Virus record (IMG/VR): IMGVR_UViG_3300033558_000008
Location: 1 to 26,929 of that record
Reading direction: 5' to 3' (one strand)
DNA from: a virus
Taxonomy: Duplodnaviria; Caudoviricetes
DNA: 26,929 nt
Part shown: one piece after another, positions 1 to 6,585 of the stretch
Layout of the letters: each line of letters starts with the position of its first letter
How positions within the stretch are numbered: the stretch's first letter is position 1
Notes under the pieces: generated by a model
The model's input: only the letters and a program-made list of their open reading frames with translations
Told to the model about the DNA's origin: nothing
The model's database searches: none
Position numbers and translations under genes: made by a program

Positions 1-203
1 CCTGCAGCAGATAGGGCTAAAAAGTTTCCATCATTTTCATAAACTGCATGAACCCCGACGAAGCGCTGATCACTTTCGGTAAGTATTGGCAGTACAGGCC
101 AGTCAGCAGGACGAACGTAAGGCGTAAGCGGTGCAGGTGTAAATGAACTACCACCAAACTTTCTACCCGAGAACCCAACCTCAGAGAATTTGCGGATACT
201 CAT
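1..203 (-). CDS. 5' part of a putative tail-associated adhesin/receptor-binding protein, truncated at the window edge
   Basis: Not in the ORF track. ATG at 203-201 overlaps the upstream TAA (TAATG). Frame is open to base 1: MSIRKFSEVGFSGRKFGGSSFTPAPLTPYVRPADWPVLPILTESDQRFVGVHAVYENDGNFLALSAAG. The RPADW..LP...Q.FVG.HAV motif is recalled from N-termini of phage BspA/DUF285-like proteins (inference). Confidence 0.75.
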   Translation of the reverse strand, partial: MSIRKFSEVGFSGRKFGGSSFTPAPLTPYVRPADWPVLPILTESDQRFVGVHAVYENDGNFLALSAA

Positions 204-529
204 TAGCTTATCTCCGAACCAAACAGGCTAAAGGAAACATCTGCAGTACCTGCATAAACGCTGACTACGTCTGTAGTTGCAAGTGAGATACCTAGTGTGA
301 GGAATGCTGATTCATACTGTGCAACAGGCACGTCATAGACGATGTAATGCTGGTTAGCAATTGCTGCACCTGCTGGACGAACAGCTACACGCACAGTGGT
401 TGATACCCCCCGATTCGCTATCGCCAGCGTGCTGCATACCGATGAGGTAGATGCAGGCACTGTGTAGAGCGTTGTCAGGGTAGTTGCTGCAGGAGCCTGC
501 TGGCCCAAGACTTTGTAAGCTGATGCCAT
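203..529 (-). CDS. Small beta-rich tail-fibre-associated (adaptor-like) protein, 108 aa
   Basis: MASAYKVLGQQAPAATTLTTLYTVP...SFSLFGSEIS resembles a recurrent environmental-phage family that follows fibres ending in FLxMGA. It starts 1 nt after the fibre stop. Confidence 0.75.
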   Translation of the reverse strand: MASAYKVLGQQAPAATTLTTLYTVPASTSSVCSTLAIANRGVSTTVRVAVRPAGAAIANQHYIVYDVPVAQYESAFLTLGISLATTDVVSVYAGTADVSFSLFGSEIS

Positions 530-530
530 G

Positions 531-2909
531 TTAGGCTCCCATCATTAAAAATGTTTGTTCGTAGCCAGAGCTACCGCCTGAGATAACCAAGTCTGTATTA
601 CCTAGTAATGTTTGGCCATTAACTGTACGAATGTTAGTACCACTTACTAAAGTAGCTTGGTAGTCAGTACGTACTGGAGTATCTAAAACCTTCCAGTTTG
701 TACCAGTAAATAGTAGCTCTACATAGGCTCCACTAATATTTATTGACATACTAGTAGGGTCGGATTCAATAGTTTTTCCACCTGCTACAGCAATAATTAC
801 TGGATTAATACTACACATATTAGTAGTATCCAGTATACCAACTTTATCACCTTCTGCGGGAGCACTAGGTAATGTAACTGTAAAACCTGCTGCTGTTGAG
901 TTAGTTAATACTAAATCATTAACTAGTGCAGTATAATTAGCTATCTTAACTGGTGTAGGTGCTAAACCACCAACAATCTCTAAGTCGCCAGCACCTAATA
1001 TAGAGCTTCCGTTAATAGACTTAATATTATTTGCTGAAACTAATACATCTTGCTTGCCTGATAAGTCCTGATCACCAGTATTACTACCACTTAAAGTAGT
1101 AATACCTAGTTTAGTCTTAATAGTAGATGTAGTTTCATCGCCAGTATTACTACCACTAAATGCTAGGTTAGGAACATTACCTAATCCTACATCTGCATTA
1201 GTTAGTACCACAGCTCCAATTCTACCTGCTACACTGGATACTGATTCTGTACTATCAATTTTATCCCAGGTAGTACCATTATAAATAATGGAATCATTTA
1301 CATCATATGTAATAGAACTAACAGTACCAGCTACACTAACTTTATAATAATCCCCAGTAGCAGGAGTACTAGGGTATGTACCTGTACCTGCAGACCAAGA
1401 ACCTCTATATATTAGGGATCCTGTTATTGAAGCCGCTGCTTGTTGTGCCCAATATTTAGCAGAATACTCACCCGCAGATACTGGAGTAACTAATTGAGTA
1501 GCCCAGTTTTGCGCTAGAGTTGCTGAGGTAGCTGAATTAGTTTCTGAGGTTACAGCGTTAGCAGCACTTGTAGATGCTTCACCTGCTTTAGTTGTTGCTA
1601 TGCCTGCTGAAGCTAAAGCATTAGCAGCACTTGTAGATGCTTCACCAGCTTTAGTTGTTGCTAGGCCTTCTGAAGCTAAAGCATTAGTAGCACTTGTACT
1701 TGCTTCGCCAGCTTTAGTTGTTGCTATACCTGCTGAAGTACTCGCATTAGTAGCACTTGTTGATGCTTCTCCTGCTTTAGTTGTCGCTGTACCTGCAGAA
1801 GTATTAGCATTAGTAGCACTTGTAGCTGCTTCACCGGCTTTAGTTGTTGCTATGCCTGCTGAAGTATTGGCGTTAGTAGCGCTTGTAGCTGCTTCACCAG
1901 CTTTAGTTGTTGCAGTATCGGCAGAAGCTGCTGCTTCACTTTCTGCTGCATTAACAGCAGCAATAGAACCATATATTGCTAGTGCATCAGATAAAGTAGT
2001 AGCAGCATTAGTAGCTGATGTAGCTGCTTCACCTGCTTTAGTTGTTGCTATGCTAGCTGAAGTATTGGCGTTAGTAGCGCTTGTAGCTGCTTCACCAGCT
2101 TTAGTTGTTGCTATACCTGCTTGAGTAGTTGCTGTGTCTGCTGAAGTATTAGCATTAGTAGCGCTTGTACTCGCTTCGCCTGCTTGAGTAGTTGCAATAC
2201 CTGCTTGAGTAGTTGCTGTACCTGCTGAAGTACTAGCATTAGTAGCTGATGTAGCTGCTTCACTAGCTTTAGTAGTAGCAATACCTGCTTGAGTTGTAGC
2301 AGTGATAGCGCTAGTAGAGGCACTACTTGCGGAAGCTGTTGCACTTGCAGCAGGGGCGTCCCATGTAGCACCATTATAAAATTTTACTTGTTGACTAACT
2401 GAGTTATAGTATACAGTTCCTGCAATTAATGCATTGCCGTCGTTGTCCAGGCTAGGGTCTGCTGTCTTACTACCTAGAAACCTATCATCAAATGTATCAA
2501 ATATTAAGTTTACTGCTGTTAAGCTAGCTGCCGCACTAGTAGCAGAAGTATCTGCTTCACCTGCTTTAGTTGTTGCTGTGGTAGCCGAAATATTGGCATT
2601 AGTAGCACTTGTACTTGCTTCACCGGCTTTAGTTGTTGCTATGTCTGCCTGAGTAGTAGCTGTAGTAGCACTTGTAGCTGCTTCACCAGCTTTAGCTGTT
2701 GCTGTAGATGCCGAAGTATTAGCATTAGTAGCACTTGTACTTGCTTCACCAGCTTTAGTTGTTGCTGTAGATGCCGAAGCTGCTGCAGACTCCACACTAG
2801 CGTCTAAAACAACTAATCCTTCTGATACACTAATTACTTCATTAACTGTAGCTAGTTCATTCAGTTTATCTATATAGTTAGTTTGACCGTAGTAAAAATT
2901 TGTTGCCAT
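531..2909 (-). CDS. Side (lateral) tail fibre protein, 792 aa
   Basis: Long Ala/Thr/Ser coiled-coil repeats (ATTKAGEAATSATNA, similar to lambda Stf), a FDDRFLGSK..DP.LDNDGNAL knob, a YRGSW...GDYY...DSIIYNGTTWDKID module, VSSVAGRIGAVVLTNADVGLGNV, and a C-terminal FTVTLPSAPAEGDKV beta module. Confidence 0.88.
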   Translation of the reverse strand: MATNFYYGQTNYIDKLNELATVNEVISVSEGLVVLDASVESAAASASTATTKAGEASTSATNANTSASTATAKAGEAATSATTATTQADIATTKAGEASTSATNANISATTATTKAGEADTSATSAAASLTAVNLIFDTFDDRFLGSKTADPSLDNDGNALIAGTVYYNSVSQQVKFYNGATWDAPAASATASASSASTSAITATTQAGIATTKASEAATSATNASTSAGTATTQAGIATTQAGEASTSATNANTSADTATTQAGIATTKAGEAATSATNANTSASIATTKAGEAATSATNAATTLSDALAIYGSIAAVNAAESEAAASADTATTKAGEAATSATNANTSAGIATTKAGEAATSATNANTSAGTATTKAGEASTSATNASTSAGIATTKAGEASTSATNALASEGLATTKAGEASTSAANALASAGIATTKAGEASTSAANAVTSETNSATSATLAQNWATQLVTPVSAGEYSAKYWAQQAAASITGSLIYRGSWSAGTGTYPSTPATGDYYKVSVAGTVSSITYDVNDSIIYNGTTWDKIDSTESVSSVAGRIGAVVLTNADVGLGNVPNLAFSGSNTGDETTSTIKTKLGITTLSGSNTGDQDLSGKQDVLVSANNIKSINGSSILGAGDLEIVGGLAPTPVKIANYTALVNDLVLTNSTAAGFTVTLPSAPAEGDKVGILDTTNMCSINPVIIAVAGGKTIESDPTSMSINISGAYVELLFTGTNWKVLDTPVRTDYQATLVSGTNIRTVNGQTLLGNTDLVISGGSSGYEQTFLMMGA
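1520..2345 (-). repeat. Imperfect tandem repeat array, mainly 63 bp / 21 aa (GIATTKAGEAATSATNANTSA), in the side fibre
   Basis: Recurrent DNA unit 'gcttcacc.gctttagttgttgcta' at about 63-bp spacing (near 1576, 1639, 1702, 1765, 1828, 1891). The array is interrupted by ALAIYGSIAAV. Confidence 0.9.
2530..2790 (-). repeat. N-proximal block of the same 21-aa Ala/Thr repeat
   Basis: Four ATxKAGEAxTSAT units lie before the FDDRFLG knob. Confidence 0.85.
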
Positions 2910-2910
2910 T

Positions 2911-3750
2911 CTATATTTCCTCTATATCTATACTACTACTATACATATCAAATATAGGGTTTGATATACCTGCGAGTTGGGATAGTTTACCATAAATTTG
3001 ATGAGACTGTTCTTTAGTAGAATCTGCATCATTTGGGAATAAACTAATAAATAAAGGTTTTGGTATTCCATTACCTTTTAAAATACCTGTTAAATTAAGT
3101 CTATCTCCTTGAGTTAGATACTTAAGATCAAAAGTCATAGTATTAAATCTAATACCCCTATTAGTAGCTAGATCTCCTGACTCTGTTCTTTGGTGCTCAC
3201 TTAAGTCTTTAATAGTTGTTGATAACCCAAAAGATGTATTATATATTGGAGACCAATATGCCCCTAATATAATTCTAGATGCCTCTATATAGCTCGATGA
3301 GTTACTGGGGTCTTTTATAGTAATAACTATAGAATCTAGTGCAGTATTACCAGTACTAAACCATACTCTACCATAGGTTCCTCCACCGTATGAATAGCTA
3401 TTTACTCCTAAAGGCTGCATGCCCCAGTCCCATAAACCAAATGCAGGATATGGACATGCTGGAATATCTACATCGGTAAACTTAACTACTCCAGCTAAAC
3501 TACCTGTAACTGATATAGTAGCTACTGGGGATAAATTACAAAAAGGTAGTATTAATCCCCCTACTATAGAGCTAGTAAAACTAATTGTAAGGGTTTCAAG
3601 TTCTTTGCCTGTGGACCTCCATACTTTAGATTTTGTATCGGCTTTTAAATTAGCTACTGTAGTATTAGCACTAGCAGTACTAGAGGCAGTTATAGTAGTA
3701 CTAGTACTGTCTATAATATTTTGGTATATTATTCTTAGATTATTTGACAT
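2911..3750 (-). CDS. Putative distal tail (Dit-like) / minor tail tip protein, 279 aa
   Basis: NLRIIYQN...NLKADTKSKVWRS (galactose-binding-like insert) followed by IEASRIILGAYWSP..N.SFG...DLS..QRTESGDL...RFNTMTFDL..L, the beta-hairpin pattern of Dit/minor tail proteins. SD AGGA upstream. Family assignment is inference. Confidence 0.6.
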   Translation of the reverse strand: MSNNLRIIYQNIIDSTSTTITASSTASANTTVANLKADTKSKVWRSTGKELETLTISFTSSIVGGLILPFCNLSPVATISVTGSLAGVVKFTDVDIPACPYPAFGLWDWGMQPLGVNSYSYGGGTYGRVWFSTGNTALDSIVITIKDPSNSSSYIEASRIILGAYWSPIYNTSFGLSTTIKDLSEHQRTESGDLATNRGIRFNTMTFDLKYLTQGDRLNLTGILKGNGIPKPLFISLFPNDADSTKEQSHQIYGKLSQLAGISNPIFDMYSSSIDIEEI

Positions 3751-3781
3751 ATATTTTCCTACACCTTATAAAACTTTTTCT

Positions 3782-3810
3782 ATTATACCACTTAAGCTAC
3801 CTAGGGGCAA
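3782..3810 (-). promoter_or_regulatory. sigma70-type promoter upstream of the Dit-like gene and side fibre cluster
   Basis: Minus strand TTGCCC-N17-TATAAT with extended -10 (TGG-TATAAT) and an AT-rich upstream tract (AAAATTTTATAC). Confidence 0.8.
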
Positions 3811-3831
3811 GTATAAAATTTTTATACTTGC
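3807..3831. repeat. Perfect palindrome (12-bp arms, 1-nt centre) overlapping the -35 box
   Basis: GCAAGTATAAAA-T-TTTTATACTTGC. Confidence 0.9.
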
Positions 3832-4169
3832 TGTTGTGCATCTCTTTCTACTGCTGTTTGTATATATAAACTATATAATATAGTGTATAACTCTGCATGT
3901 GTTATACTAGTACCTGTAGGTATATTAGTTACTGTATCTAATATAGGTATTACACCACTAGGATCAAAATCTTTTATACAATTAGATTCTTTTAACACAA
4001 TAGTATCTGTACCTAATATTGCAATAGTTTCTTCTATAAATATTATACTTTTTTTATTATTTAACATACGAGTATAATCAGTAATAATACCTTCTAGTGG
4101 ATTATGTATTATTACTGTTTTTGCTCTGGTATAGCTTTCACCAGATAAGGTTTGTTCTTTATAGTTCAT
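3822..4169 (-). CDS. Hypothetical phage protein, 115 aa, possibly a fibre assembly/accessory protein
   Basis: Overlaps the fibre stop by 11 nt, has SD AAGGA, and lies directly downstream of an S74-containing fibre. Function inferred from position only. Confidence 0.7.
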   Translation of the reverse strand: MNYKEQTLSGESYTRAKTVIIHNPLEGIITDYTRMLNNKKSIIFIEETIAILGTDTIVLKESNCIKDFDPSGVIPILDTVTNIPTGTSITHAELYTILYSLYIQTAVERDAQQQV

Positions 4170-6585
4170 TTGAATAACTTCCTTTTAAATGCTTAACTTC
4201 AAGGTCTAACTCCTGAATAGCCCTTACTAAATAAGGTATAATATCTATTTTGTTTAATAAATAGGTATCATTAACTTCTTCAACTACATTAGGTAGAATT
4301 TTTTGTATATCTTGAGCGTATATACCTACTTCTACTCTATCTTTAATCTTTTCATATCCAGGAGTACCAGGTTTCCAGGTATAGTAAACTACACTAATTT
4401 TATTTATAGTATCTAGTGCATTTAGGTATAATCCTATATGGTTTTTTAATCTTTTATCAGACTGGGTATTTGGAGCTAACCAGTATGCTACACTATTTTT
4501 ATAATATACAAAGTTGGAATCCTCCTGTACTGCAGCATTATTAACGCCACATTTAAGACTAGCATAGGTAGGATTATCTACTATACCAGAGGAGGATGCA
4601 TATCCATATATAGTACCTGTTACAGTTAAGTTACCAGAAATATATACTCCTGTACCCCCACTAAAGTATCCAGAATAAGAAGATGAAGATGTACCAACTA
4701 TACCATACCCTGCAGTACTATGCCCATGTATACTTGTTGAGGCCGAAGACATATTGCCGACAATTCCGCTCATAGTACCATCTGGGCTACCTGATACAGA
4801 TATACCAGAACCATAAGTAGAAGTACTAGGTATAAATACGTTAACACCAAAATTATTTTGAAGACCTGTTACAGCACCAACGAATAAAGCTGACCCTTGA
4901 TAACTATTAGAATTGCCAGTAATTATTACTTTACCCCGTATATCTAAGTTACCTGAGCCGGATATATCTGTACCAGATATACTACCTCCAGATATACTAC
5001 TGGCACTTATAGTGCTAGCTGTTATACTGCCTGCAGTTACTGCTCCTAGAGTAGCACTAATGGCGGATAAACTACCTACCTTCAGGTTACTAAGATAGGG
5101 ATTATTCCATGTAATAGTATTAGTTTGTGCGTTATATATTCCATCAGATTGATACATATAGTACCCAGTAGATAATGTACTAGTTGCTGTAAATGACCAC
5201 CCACCTGGTGGATTATCCCCACTACTAGTTGGCGGTCCTGGTGGAGTACTACTAGTAGTTACATAATACGCAGTTCTATGTGAAGCACCTTGTGGACCAA
5301 TTGACCCATCATTACGATATCCTATAGTATTACTTATAGCATTAGACCAATTTTCAGTAGTGGATACACTACCAGAAGTAACTTCTTTGATAGTTAAAGT
5401 AATTTGATATAAAGTATAACCTGTACCAGGTGCAGCAGCTGCAGCGGATACCCAGCCAGAAGGGTATACAGCTGAAAAACTACTAGTACTCCACGTATAT
5501 GTAATAGCTTGGGAATGTGCAGGTTTACCAGTATTAGACCAAGCATACGCACTTATAATAGCGGTACGTAGTGCAGCAGCTCCTGTATCGCCAACTTTAG
5601 TTACTACAATAGGTACTACTAATGTAGTAGTTACTGCAGGGGTACCGGAAGTAACACTTAAAGAAACTTTTGTATCTGTAGTAGAATGTGTACCTGCGGC
5701 AGTAGGAGTAAATGTAGAAGTAGTACTAGTTCCTGATAGTACTCCTACAGCACTCCAAGAATAGGTGTTAATAGTTACAGCTACTCCGTCTTGTTTTAGA
5801 GTACAACTAAAAGCTGTCTGTGCTGGTGTTGGTGTAGTTCCTAAAGCATTATACCCTATAGTACGTACTCCACCAGATACCTCTAATACTAAAGGTCCAG
5901 CTCCTTGTTTAGTAGCTGTAATAGGTATAGTTTCTACAATAGTTGTCCCATCGACTACTATTGTTAGTGTTACTTTTGTATCTGCGGCGCTACTATAGAT
6001 ACCTGCCATAGTAGGGGTAAAAGTAGCACTAGTGCTAGTACCAGATAAATTACCACTAGCGCTCCAAGCATATGAAGTAATATTAGTTACCTGTTCTCCA
6101 TCCTGGTATACGGAACAAGAAAAAGCTGTTTGTGCTGGTGTAGGTGTACTCCCAACTGCACTATACGTAATTGCACGAACTCCATTAAGAACATTAACTG
6201 TATATGCTGATGCGCCAACCGAACTATAACTAATACTATATGTTGCGATAGTATTAGTATATAAAGGTTCAGTAACAGTACATCTATAGGAGATATAGGA
6301 ACCACCACCAATAGCTGTAGTAAATGCATCGTTAGTAATAACTACACTTTCACCAGAAGCTAAAGGTATCCAAGTATTTGGAGCAGAAGATAAAGCATAT
6401 TCCCATGTTTTAATAGCAGAAGTTCTACCTGGGGTAGGACACGCTAGGGATATTGAAGAAGGTGTAGTAGTCGTACCCTTTGTACTAAAACTACTGCTAC
6501 TTGCTGCAATTATTGTCTCCGCAGATATTATCCGTATTGTAGAAGCTTGTAAAGCTACATCTCTATCATTTATAACTATAGCCAT
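4159..6585 (-). CDS. Central tail fibre/spike with C-terminal intramolecular chaperone (peptidase S74), about 808 aa
   Basis: Start reassigned to ATG 6585 (MAIVINDRD), which overlaps the hub stop as TAATG. Contains two ~104-aa Ig-like repeats, a LKVGSLSAISATLGAVTAGSIT shaft motif, a Gly-rich beta-helix-like region, and SDKRLK...YTWK...GIYAQDIQKILP..V...IIPYLVRAIQEL (S74 signature). Confidence 0.85.
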   Translation of the reverse strand: MAIVINDRDVALQASTIRIISAETIIAASSSSFSTKGTTTTPSSISLACPTPGRTSAIKTWEYALSSAPNTWIPLASGESVVITNDAFTTAIGGGSYISYRCTVTEPLYTNTIATYSISYSSVGASAYTVNVLNGVRAITYSAVGSTPTPAQTAFSCSVYQDGEQVTNITSYAWSASGNLSGTSTSATFTPTMAGIYSSAADTKVTLTIVVDGTTIVETIPITATKQGAGPLVLEVSGGVRTIGYNALGTTPTPAQTAFSCTLKQDGVAVTINTYSWSAVGVLSGTSTTSTFTPTAAGTHSTTDTKVSLSVTSGTPAVTTTLVVPIVVTKVGDTGAAALRTAIISAYAWSNTGKPAHSQAITYTWSTSSFSAVYPSGWVSAAAAAPGTGYTLYQITLTIKEVTSGSVSTTENWSNAISNTIGYRNDGSIGPQGASHRTAYYVTTSSTPPGPPTSSGDNPPGGWSFTATSTLSTGYYMYQSDGIYNAQTNTITWNNPYLSNLKVGSLSAISATLGAVTAGSITASTISASSISGGSISGTDISGSGNLDIRGKVIITGNSNSYQGSALFVGAVTGLQNNFGVNVFIPSTSTYGSGISVSGSPDGTMSGIVGNMSSASTSIHGHSTAGYGIVGTSSSSYSGYFSGGTGVYISGNLTVTGTIYGYASSSGIVDNPTYASLKCGVNNAAVQEDSNFVYYKNSVAYWLAPNTQSDKRLKNHIGLYLNALDTINKISVVYYTWKPGTPGYEKIKDRVEVGIYAQDIQKILPNVVEEVNDTYLLNKIDIIPYLVRAIQELDLEVKHLKGSYSNEL

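Noticed and set aside
1600-2652. Plus-strand ORFs 1600..2124 and 2434..2652, and alternate-frame minus ORF 2111..2374, with hydrophobic repeats
   Set aside because: Shadows of the Ala/Thr repeat codons of the fibre gene; no SD and no independent signal.
1520-2790. Regular repeats resembling a CRISPR array or DGR template/variable repeat pair
   Set aside because: The repeats are contiguous and in frame, vary largely at synonymous or conservative positions, and have no unique spacers. No cas or reverse transcriptase gene is in the window.
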